Source: Myxococcota bacterium (GTDB taxonomy: Bacteria; Myxococcota_A; UBA9042; PHBI01; JAWLBL01). From it: a DNA stretch of 64,000 bases. Every line of letters begins with the position of its first letter. Within the stretch, counting starts at the first letter, position 1. The DNA lies in assembly GCA_041687695.1 (NCBI GenBank), contig JAWLBL010000003.1:247660-311659 (forward strand), read 5' to 3'. The notes beneath the pieces were generated by a model. It had not been told where the DNA came from, made no database searches, and worked only from the letters and a program-made list of their open reading frames with translations. A program made the position numbers and the translations under genes. This document shows positions 45,505-56,274 of this stretch, one piece after another.

Positions 45505-45790
45505 CGCCCTGCGGGCGGTCCAATTCCTCGCGGACGACAAAGCCCTTGACCCCGCCCTCCGCTGCGGCTGGGCAGGCCAACATCGGCCCGGAACGGGGCG
45601 TTCCGGGCCGCGGAGCGTCCCGTCCGTCCGCGGGCGGTCGCTGGGCGCCAGGCGGGTCACTGGCGCGGACTTCGGCCGGCCTCACGCTCCAGCGGTCATC
45701 CGCACTCCCGATGAGAACTAAACGCATGGCTAATTAATCGTCCCGGGACGGAAACCAGAACCTGAGTTCGGCTTTCCGCCCGGGACGACG
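45453..45790 (-). repeat. Modular structured element, copy M0 (inverted, diverged middle)
   Basis: Reverse complement carries the palindromic head, TAATTA-GCCATG-CGTTTAGTTC and the tail GGGGTCAAGGGCTTTGTC...GACAAAGCCCTTGA. Confidence 0.88.
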
Positions 45791-45830
45791 AGCGCCGGGT
45801 CGGAGCCGGCCTCCGCGTCGCGTAATCGCA

Positions 45831-46178
45831 CCGGGGCGGAAGCGCGAACCTGGATTCTGCTTTCCGTCCCGGGACGACGGCGGGCTGGTCGCCAGGTTTC
45901 CGCCCCGGGGCGGAAACGCGAACCTGGATTCTGCTTTCCGTCCCGGGACGACGGCGCGCCTGGTCGCCAGGTCACCGTCCCGGGGGCGGAAGCGCGAACC
46001 TGGATTCTGCTTTCCGTCCCGGGACGACGGCGGGCTGGTCGCCAGGTTTCCGCCCCGGGGCGGAAACGCGAACCTGGATTCTGCTTTCCGTCCCGGGACG
46101 ACGGCGCGCCTGGTCGCCAGGTCACCGTCCCGGGGGCGGAAACGCGAACCTGGATTCTGCTTTCCGTCCCGGGACGAC
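45831..46178 (+). repeat. Array of five 48-49 bp palindromic repeats with alternating 26/27-bp linkers (period 74-75 bp)
   Basis: CCGGGGCGGAA(A/G)CGCGAACCTGGATTCTGCTTTCCGTCCCGGGACGAC at 45831, 45905, 45980, 46055, 46130; linkers in order a-b-a-b. Confidence 0.95.
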
Positions 46179-46470
46179 TAACTATGTGATCGTTTAATTC
46201 CGTCATGGATGGCTCCCGCTTCAGGCGCTCCGGCCCATCCTGCCGACCAGCGACCCCATCTCCGCACCGGCGATCTACCTTGCACCCAGGCCACGCAGCG
46301 CGACCGGGACGCGCAAGCGGCCCGGACGGCCCCCGTCCGGGCCGATGTTGGCCACCCAGCCGCAGCGGAGGCCGGGGTCAAGGGCTTTGTCGTCCGCGAG
46401 GAATTGGCCGGCCGCAGGTCGGCCAAGGGGGACAAAGCCCTTGAGGCCGGCCGGAGCGAAGGCTACCCGC
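46130..46470 (+). repeat. Modular structured element, copy M1
   Basis: Head 46130-46178, AT-rich site 46179-46200, 14-bp perfect stem 46378-46391/46431-46444. Confidence 0.92.
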
Positions 46471-46629
46471 TACCATCCCTGTCGCCCAAGGCCCGTTCTC
46501 TGTCCCGGGACGACGGCGCGCGCCTGGTCGCCAGGTCACCGTCCCGGGGCGGAAACGAGATCCAGCATTCCAGTTTCCGTCCCGGGACGACGCGCGCCGG
46601 GTCGAGCCGGCCCCTGTCGCGTTTCCGCC

Positions 46630-46972
46630 CCGAGGCGGAAACGCGAACCTGCATTCTGCTTTCCGTCCCGGGACGACTAACTATGCGCTCGTTTAATTCC
46701 TTGAGAGATGGCTCCCGCTCCAGACGCCCCGGCCCATCCTGCCGACCAGCGACCCCATCTCCGCACCGGCCACGCTGCTTGCACCCGTGGCCATGCAGCG
46801 CGACCGGGACGCGTAAGCGGCCCGGACGGCCCCGTCCGGGCCGATGTTAGCTTCCCAGCCGCAGCGGAGGACGGGGTCAAGGGCTTTGTCGTCCGCGAGG
46901 AATTGGCCGGCCGCAGGTCGGCCAAGGGGGACAAAGCCCTCGAGGCCGGCCGAAGCGGAGGCTAGCTGCGAC
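46630..46972 (+). repeat. Modular structured element, copy M2 (extra diverged head at about 46544-46591)
   Basis: Head 46630-46677, TAACTA-TGCGCT-CGTTTAATTC, same tail as M1. Confidence 0.92.
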
Positions 46973-47054
46973 CCAACCCAATGCTAATGTCCGCGGGCGA
47001 CGCCGCGCCCGTTCGCCAGGTCTCCGCCCCGGGGCGGGGCGCCAGGTCTCCGCC

Positions 47055-47393
47055 CCGGGACGGAAACGCGAACCTGAATTCTGCTTTCCGTCCCGGGACG
47101 ACTAACTACGCACCCGTTTAATTCTGCGCATGGGTCTCGCTCCTGTTGCTTCGGCTCACCCTGCCGACCAGCGACCCCATCTCCGCACCGGCCACGCTGC
47201 TTGCACCCGTGGCCATGCAGCGCGACCGGGACGCGCAAGCGGCCCGGACGGCCAGTCCGGGCCGATGTTGGCCACCCAGCCGCAGCGAAGGCCGGGGTCA
47301 AGGGCTTTGTCGTCCGCGAGGAATTGGCCGGCCGCAGGTCGGCCAAGGGGGACAAAGCCCTCGAGGCCGGCCGGAGCGAAGGCTACCCGCGAC
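47055..47393 (+). repeat. Modular structured element, copy M3
   Basis: Head 47055-47102, TAACTA-CGCACC-CGTTTAATTC, same tail. Confidence 0.92.
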
Positions 47394-47491
47394 CATCCTT
47401 GTCGCCCTGAAGGTGGAGCGTCGCCCCGGGGAGGGGGCCCGCGAACCGCAGCGCCCGAGACCGCTCATGTCGACCGCGCCACCCACAACCC

Positions 47492-47530
47492 ACAAACACG
47501 AAAGCCCCACCTGGTCACCCAGGCGGGGCT
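47492..47530 (-). terminator. Intrinsic terminator of the lipoprotein cluster
   Basis: Minus strand AGCCCCGCCTGG-GTGA-CCAGGTGGGGCT followed by TTCGTGTTTGT, about 25 bp after the stop. Confidence 0.75.
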
Positions 47531-47554
47531 CTCGCAGCTCGTCAGCGCCGCGAC

Positions 47555-49288
47555 TCAGTCGGCCTGGGCCGCCGCGTCCTCGTCGGCCGCCGCGTCCTCG
47601 GTCGCCGTGTCTTCGGTCGCCACGTCGTCGCCGGTCGTGGCGTCGTCGCCGGTCGTGGCGTCGTCGCCGGGGCCGGCGTCATCCATCACCTCGGGCTCGG
47701 GGCCGACGTCGGTGGTGACCGCGTCGTCCTCGACCACGTCGGTGGTCCCGGCGTCCTCGTCGGTCAGCTCGGGGTCGGGATCGGCGGGGCCGGCGTCCTC
47801 GATGAGGTCGGCGAGCGAGCGCGGGGCGATGCGGTACTGCTCGAAGTTGTAGCGGACGACGCCGATGATGGCGTCCCAGTGCTGGCCGACCTCCGGCTTG
47901 GTCAGGGCGGTCGTGCCCAGGATGGAGCGGTCCATCAGCAGGCCGCCGGTGAAGGTGACGTAGCCGTTGTTGTCCCAGGCATTGTTCGAGGCGACGGTCA
48001 GGTCGGTGACCTCGACCAGCATGCCCTCCCAGAGCTCGGCCTCGGCCGTCAGCTCGTCCTCGGTCAGCAGGACCGGGGTGGGCACGTCGGCCTCGCCGAT
48101 GGCCTGGATGCTGGTCGCCTTGACCTGGGTCATGCAGTAGAACTCGGTGTGGTCACCGGTCAGCTTGACGACCTGGCCCAGCTGGAAGTTCGTGTTCTTG
48201 CTCTTGTCGACGACGACGTTGATGCCGCTGTAGGGCTCCTGCGAGCCGTCGGCGATGTAGTAGCCGTGCAGGTTGGCCGCGGCGCTGAACTGGCCGACGG
48301 TGACCACGCCCTGGAGCTGGGCGCCCTTGGTGAAGTTCTGGATCTGCTGGACCGTGCAGTCCTTGCTCTCGGGGCTGCCCTGGATGGCGACGATGCCCGA
48401 GGCGGTCGGGTCCGCGTCGGTCGTGCCGCCGTCGGTCTCTTCGCCCGCGTCGGGGCCCGGGCCGCCGCCGACCAGGACCACGTCGTCGGCGCTGGGCGGG
48501 TTGAGGCGGTACTTGTCGAACGAGAAGGCCATGAACCCGGTCAGCTCGTAGGTCTTGCCGACCTCCATGCTGAGGAAGAAGTCGAACTGGTGCGCGACGA
48601 CGAAGCCGCCCTGCGTGAGGTAGGTCCCGCCGCCGGCCGCCTCGACGACCTTGTCGGTCGTGTGCAGGAACATGCCCTCGTAGGCCTCGCTGGCCACGTG
48701 CTGGGGCGCCACCGTCAGCGGGGCCGGGACCTCGGCCGTGCCGGTCTTGGTCCAGCCGTCGAGGTCGAGCTGCGTCTGGCAGTAGTACTCCTCGAGCTCG
48801 CCCTGCAGATCCATGACGTCGCCGGGCTGGAAGTCGGTCGCCTCGGAGCGCGGCACGACCACGGCCAAGCCCGAGAACAGCCCGCCGTCGGGGTCGGCGA
48901 CGTAGTAGCCGTCGAGCGCGGTGCCGGTGTCGCCCGAGGGCGTGTAGGCGTCGAACTTCGGGCTGACGACGACCACGCCCGACAGGCTGACGCTGTCGAG
49001 CACGGTGACGAAGTTGCTCGCCGTGCAGTCGACCTTCTCGGCCTCGAGCTGGGCGTACTTGACGGTGCCGACCGGCGCCTCGTAGCCGTCGGGCAGGGTC
49101 GGGGCGTCGCCCTCGTCCGTGTCCGTGAGCGTGCCGTCGGGGCCGCTGGTCTGGTCCCCGCCAGCGTCGGTCACCGTGGTGTCCTTGATGGCGTCGAAGT
49201 CTTTGACCGGGGTGTTCGTGCCGCTATCGGTGCAGGCGACGAGGAGGGCGCTCAGGGCGAGCGAGGAGGCGGCGCTTCGGAGGGTCAT
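47555..49288 (-). CDS. Lipoprotein with duplicated OB-fold-like modules and acidic tail
   Basis: Lipobox LVAC; two internal repeats GVV...GYY(V/I)AD...SG..VVV...G.V..L.G..E(Y/F)YC.TQ...E.(Y/W)EGM...YR..P.S..D; DDATTG-type tail repeats. Confidence 0.75.
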   Translation of the reverse strand: MTLRSAASSLALSALLVACTDSGTNTPVKDFDAIKDTTVTDAGGDQTSGPDGTLTDTDEGDAPTLPDGYEAPVGTVKYAQLEAEKVDCTASNFVTVLDSVSLSGVVVVSPKFDAYTPSGDTGTALDGYYVADPDGGLFSGLAVVVPRSEATDFQPGDVMDLQGELEEYYCQTQLDLDGWTKTGTAEVPAPLTVAPQHVASEAYEGMFLHTTDKVVEAAGGGTYLTQGGFVVAHQFDFFLSMEVGKTYELTGFMAFSFDKYRLNPPSADDVVLVGGGPGPDAGEETDGGTTDADPTASGIVAIQGSPESKDCTVQQIQNFTKGAQLQGVVTVGQFSAAANLHGYYIADGSQEPYSGINVVVDKSKNTNFQLGQVVKLTGDHTEFYCMTQVKATSIQAIGEADVPTPVLLTEDELTAEAELWEGMLVEVTDLTVASNNAWDNNGYVTFTGGLLMDRSILGTTALTKPEVGQHWDAIIGVVRYNFEQYRIAPRSLADLIEDAGPADPDPELTDEDAGTTDVVEDDAVTTDVGPEPEVMDDAGPGDDATTGDDATTGDDVATEDTATEDAAADEDAAAQAD

Positions 49289-49310
49289 CGATGGCTCTTG
49301 GATCGGTGGG

Positions 49311-52300
49311 CTATTCGAAAGACGGTGTGAACGTGGCTCGCAGGCCGGTCGCGTCGAAGTCGAGCACGTTGACCCGGTTACCGGAAGTGTCCAATTGCAG
49401 CAACTGCCTTTCGAAGTCCAACGTCCCGAGGGTCGCCGCGATCCCCGTGCCGACCAGCCGAACGTCCGCCGGCTGCTCGGGGCCTGTGGTTTCGAAGGTC
49501 CACCGCGTGTCGCGCTGGGAAGGCGCGATGGTGACCTCGCCGTCATCCGTGATCTCGCAGCCGGGGAAGATCTCGGCCTCGAAGCTGAAGTTCTCGAAGC
49601 GGTCGTCGCCCTCGCCCAGGGCGTCCACGGCGTCGACCGTCAGCGCGGTGGTCGGGACCGGGCAGGCCGTGTAGGGCGCGGTCAGCGTCGACTCGGTGAT
49701 GCGGCCCTGGATGAGGGGCGAGGTGAACGCGAAGTTCGGGTCGCCGGGGGCGGCCGTGACGCAGGCCTCGGCGTCGGGATCCCAGCGGCGGCGGTGCAGG
49801 TAGCCCGAGCGCGAGCCGACCACCACCCAGGCGTCGGCGCCGCGCACCCCGTACAGCAGCCGGCGCGGCAGGTTGGCCGGCGTGAAGGCGTCGGTGGGGA
49901 TGAGGTTGTCGGGGCGGCCCAGGGTCAGCCGCAGCGCCTCGAGCGCGTCGCGGCAGGCCTGCAGGCTGACGCCGCTGGCGCGGATGGCGTCCTCGTCCAG
50001 GACGGGCTCGTTCGGGACCAGCCGGGCCGTGGCCGGGTCGACGGTCAGTCGGTCGAGGCCCACCGCCGTGATGCGCACCTCGACCTGGTTGACGGCGGCC
50101 GGTCGGACCACGCAGGCCTCGCCGTCGGCGGTCGTGATCTGCACGTCGCGCCGCAGCTCGGGCGCCAGCGTCTCGGGGGCCGCGGTCAGCACCAGCCAGT
50201 CGTTCTCTTGGACGCCGTGGGTGCAGAAGCGCTGGTTGGGCGCGAAGAACGTGGTGTCGTCCAGCATCCGGCCCAGGGCCGAGTCGGTCCCCGGCAGGAC
50301 CCCCTCGTAGGTGAGGGTCCAGGTCTCGGTCAGGACGCGCTCGAGGTCGGCGCGGTCGACGGTGTCGTCCTCGCCGGTCGGCGGGAAGAAGCCGAAGCGG
50401 CGGAACAGGTCCGGCAGCTCGCCGGTGGCCGTGGACAGGCGCTCTTCGAGCAGCGGGCCGGGGAAGGCGAAGCCCTCGGGCGGCGAGCCGCCGCGCAGCG
50501 TGACGTTGCGGCCGCGGAGCGTCAGGCGGGGGCGGCTGAGGCCGATGCGGCGCGCGGCCGGGTCGGTCACCCGGTCGGCGAAGCGGTGGAACGGGACGCC
50601 GCGGAAGACCGCACGGATGAGCTGGATGGCGCCGTCGAGGCGGGTGCCGAAGACGAACCAGGTGAAGTCGTCGCCCGGGGGCTGCCAGCACAGGCCCTGG
50701 TCGGTGCGGCCGGGCTCGCAGCCGGTCGGCGTGAAGGAGCCGTCGCCGAGGCCGAGCGGCAGCGCGGCCTGGTTGGTGCCGGGCTGGTCGGCGATGATGC
50801 GGGTCCAGAGCTGGCCGCGGACGCGGCTGGAGACGAGCGAGAGCAGGTTGGGCCCCGGCAGCTGCAGGTCGGTCACGCCCTGGAAGGCGAGCTGCGGCAA
50901 CGAGACGGCCTGCACGGCGGGCAGCGTGTCGACCGGCCCGGTCGGGGTGCCGTAGGGGACGAACGGGATGGCCGGGGCCGTGGCCTCGTGCAGCGGGACG
51001 TTGACGCGGGCGAAGCCTTCGCCGGCGCGCTCGAAGACGGCGATGCGGCGGCCGTTCTGGTCGAGCACGTAGACGAAGGTGCGGGCCTCGGCCAGCTCGG
51101 GGATGTCGGAGGTCGGCAGGGCCTCGGTCGCGACGACGGTCGGGATGAAGGGGCCGAAGGGACCGGGCTGCACCTCGAACAGGTCGCCGGCGCCGAAGCA
51201 GGCCGGGTCGTCGAGGTCGGTCAGGCCGTCGAGGTCGTTGTCGATGCCGTCGGCGCACTGGGGGACGGTCTCGCCGTCGGCGTCACCGGCGTCGCAGAGC
51301 GCGTCCTGGGAGTCGGTCCGCGCGTCGAGGTCGTTGTCGAGGCCGTCCTCGCACAGGTCGGCGCCACCGAAGAAGGCGGGGGGCTCGAGGGCGAGGTCGG
51401 CGTCCGCGCTGCGGCCGATGCCGCCCTCGTCGTCGTCGGCCGCGCCCCAGCAGCCGGGGTCGGCGCCGTCGGTGAGGCCGTCGCCGTCGTTGTCGAGCGT
51501 GTCGCTGCAGGCGGGCGCGATGCCGGCTTCGGCCAGCAGGGTGCCGTCGGGGGCCATGCGCGACAGGACCGGGCGGTCGACCCAGGTCACCAGCAGCTCG
51601 TCGCCGTCCGGGCCGGGCAGCGGGCGCAGGGCCTGGACGCGCGTCGGCGTGGGGATGCGCGTGAGCGGGGGCGCGGCGGGGTCGGCGGTCAGGTCGAAGG
51701 CCCACAGCTCGGGGCCGTTGGCCGAGGACACGTAGAGGGTGCCGGGGGCGTCGGTCGGGCCGAGGACGAGGGCGCCGGCGGGGAGGCCGGGCAGGTCGAA
51801 GCGGGTGGCCGACCAGTCGAAGAGACCCCGGTCGTTGTTGTCGAAGCCGTGGATGACGATGCGGGTGACCGCGCGCTCGCCGGCGGACACGACGTAGAAG
51901 GCGCTGGCGTCGGCGGCGCGCGCGATGGCGATCGGCGACTCGGCGACGGGGATGCCCGAGAAGCCCGGCACGAAGGCGCTGGCGTCGAGGACGCGGCGGG
52001 TGCCCGAGGCCGGGTTGAGCTGGATGACGACGACCTCGCTGGTGGCCTGGTTGACGACCAGGCCGAAGAGATCGCCCTGGGTGGTCGAGGTGCCCTGGGT
52101 CACCGGCGGGCAGCGGGTCGCGTCGTTGCGCGCCTCGGTGGTCTCGTCCAGCGGCGCGACGGGCAGGACCGTCTGACCCTCGCCCTCGCAGGCGTAGGCG
52201 AAGTCGACGGGGCGCGCGAAGGCCGAGGTGAGCGGAGGGATGGGCTCCTCGCAGCCGATCGCCAGCGCCGCGACGGCGGACGTGGTCAGGGCGAGGGCGA

Positions 52301-52322
52301 GGCGTCGCAACGGGCGCGTCAT
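49311..52322 (-). CDS. Large (~1000 aa) lipoprotein with three Cys-flanked DxDxDG-type repeats
   Basis: ATG at 52322 overlapping the previous stop; lipobox AIGC; CSDTLDNDGDGLTDGADPGC, CEDGLDNDLDARTDSQDALC, CADGIDNDLDGLTDLDDPAC. Confidence 0.8.
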   Translation of the reverse strand: MTRPLRRLALALTTSAVAALAIGCEEPIPPLTSAFARPVDFAYACEGEGQTVLPVAPLDETTEARNDATRCPPVTQGTSTTQGDLFGLVVNQATSEVVVIQLNPASGTRRVLDASAFVPGFSGIPVAESPIAIARAADASAFYVVSAGERAVTRIVIHGFDNNDRGLFDWSATRFDLPGLPAGALVLGPTDAPGTLYVSSANGPELWAFDLTADPAAPPLTRIPTPTRVQALRPLPGPDGDELLVTWVDRPVLSRMAPDGTLLAEAGIAPACSDTLDNDGDGLTDGADPGCWGAADDDEGGIGRSADADLALEPPAFFGGADLCEDGLDNDLDARTDSQDALCDAGDADGETVPQCADGIDNDLDGLTDLDDPACFGAGDLFEVQPGPFGPFIPTVVATEALPTSDIPELAEARTFVYVLDQNGRRIAVFERAGEGFARVNVPLHEATAPAIPFVPYGTPTGPVDTLPAVQAVSLPQLAFQGVTDLQLPGPNLLSLVSSRVRGQLWTRIIADQPGTNQAALPLGLGDGSFTPTGCEPGRTDQGLCWQPPGDDFTWFVFGTRLDGAIQLIRAVFRGVPFHRFADRVTDPAARRIGLSRPRLTLRGRNVTLRGGSPPEGFAFPGPLLEERLSTATGELPDLFRRFGFFPPTGEDDTVDRADLERVLTETWTLTYEGVLPGTDSALGRMLDDTTFFAPNQRFCTHGVQENDWLVLTAAPETLAPELRRDVQITTADGEACVVRPAAVNQVEVRITAVGLDRLTVDPATARLVPNEPVLDEDAIRASGVSLQACRDALEALRLTLGRPDNLIPTDAFTPANLPRRLLYGVRGADAWVVVGSRSGYLHRRRWDPDAEACVTAAPGDPNFAFTSPLIQGRITESTLTAPYTACPVPTTALTVDAVDALGEGDDRFENFSFEAEIFPGCEITDDGEVTIAPSQRDTRWTFETTGPEQPADVRLVGTGIAATLGTLDFERQLLQLDTSGNRVNVLDFDATGLRATFTPSFE

Positions 52323-53607
52323 CGGATCTCCGCCACCTGCACGTGGAAGTAGGGCGAGTCGGGCTGCAGCTCGACGACGCCGACGGTCTGGCTGCGGAAG
52401 TTGGCGACGTACAGGCGGCGCAGCCCCAGCGCCTCGTTGTCCATCAGGGACATCCCGAAAGGCCCGTCGCCGGTGCGGATGATGTCGACGACCTGGCCGA
52501 GCGCCGGGTCGATGACCTCGATGCGCTCGCTGTCGAAGCAGCTGACGTAGACCAGCTCGGGCAGCGGCCCGAACGGCGGCGCGACGACGAGGCCGCCGGG
52601 GCGCACGCAGGTCGGGACCTTGGTCAGGACGGTGGCCTGCGGCTGGCCCTGCGCGCTCTGGCCGATGCCGAGGATGGCGACGCTGTTGGGCGCGCGGTAG
52701 GCGACGTACAGGCGCTGTCCGTCGTGGGAGACGGCCAGCTCGCGGCCGTGGTCGGTGCCCACCGGGGCCGGGATGGAGACCTGCCCGACCAGGCTGAGGA
52801 AGGGGTTGAGCGGGTTGGGGGTGCTGCCCTCGGCGGGCGGCGTGACCTGCAGGATCTGCAGCAGGTTGGTGTTCTTGGTCGAGGCGAAGATGCGGCCCGT
52901 GACGGGGCTCTCCGCGAAGCCGTACAGGCCGTCGGCCAGGTCCAGGTTGCCGACCAGCGCTGGGGTGCCGTCGTCGGCCAGGGCGAAGGTCGCGGTGTTG
53001 CCGTCGATCATGGCGGCGGTGAGGAGGAGGTCCGGGTCTCCCGGGAAGCGCCCCTGGCGGACCAGCACGCCGAAGGGGTCGGGTCCGACCCTGAGGACCG
53101 CGTCCTCGCCCAGGCTGTCGGTGACCTCGACGCGGTCGAGGGCCTGGGCCTCGGGGCAGATCAGGATGCCGCTGCTGGCGCGCTCGCCGCCCGGGCAGCT
53201 GACGGTCGGCTCGGCGGGGGTGCCCTCGATGGCGACGTGGTAGAGCGCGTCGTCTTCGCGGCTGGCGACGTAGCCGTGGACGGCGCTGCGGTCGCCGCCG
53301 CCGCGGGTGAGCAGCCCGAAGGGGCCCGGGAAGCCGCCGACCTGGAAGGCGGCGCTCGGGATGAACTGGTGGGTCACGGCGTCGATGGCCAGGACGGCGC
53401 CGCCCTCGAAGCGCAGGTCGAAGTTGCCGCTGGTGACCCAGACGACGCGGCCGTCCGGGTCGGCGGTGACGCTGACCGGGTAGGACAGGCGGTCGACGGG
53501 GTGGGGCGGCTCGGGGGTCTCGGCGGCGCAGCCGGCGGACAGGGCGAGGCCCGCGGCGGCGACGAGGCCGACCCGGGCGCGGCGCGAGCGGAGGAGCGTT
53601 CGGAGCG

Positions 53608-53611
<4 letters not shown>
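52319..53611 (-). CDS. YVTN/YncE-like beta-propeller lipoprotein
   Basis: TTG start overlapping the ppdK stop; lipobox LSAGC; blades such as VSHDGQRLYVA, IEVIDP..GQVVDIIRTGDGPFGM, LYVANF..QTVGVV. Confidence 0.78.

Positions 53612-56270
<2,659 letters not shown>

Positions 56271-56274
<4 letters not shown>

Noticed and set aside
45831..46178. CRISPR array
   Set aside because: Linkers are not unique (a-b-a-b and similar to each other), no cas genes are in the window, and the repeat is also the head of a larger dispersed element
46171..46198. Chromosomal dif site
   Set aside because: Only partial arm similarity, inner TTA of the XerD arm absent, and four copies present; kept only as a recombinase-like site hypothesis
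45443..47852. Track ORFs within the structured-element region
   Set aside because: Short, repetitive translations; frames are not preserved between element copies while base-pairing is
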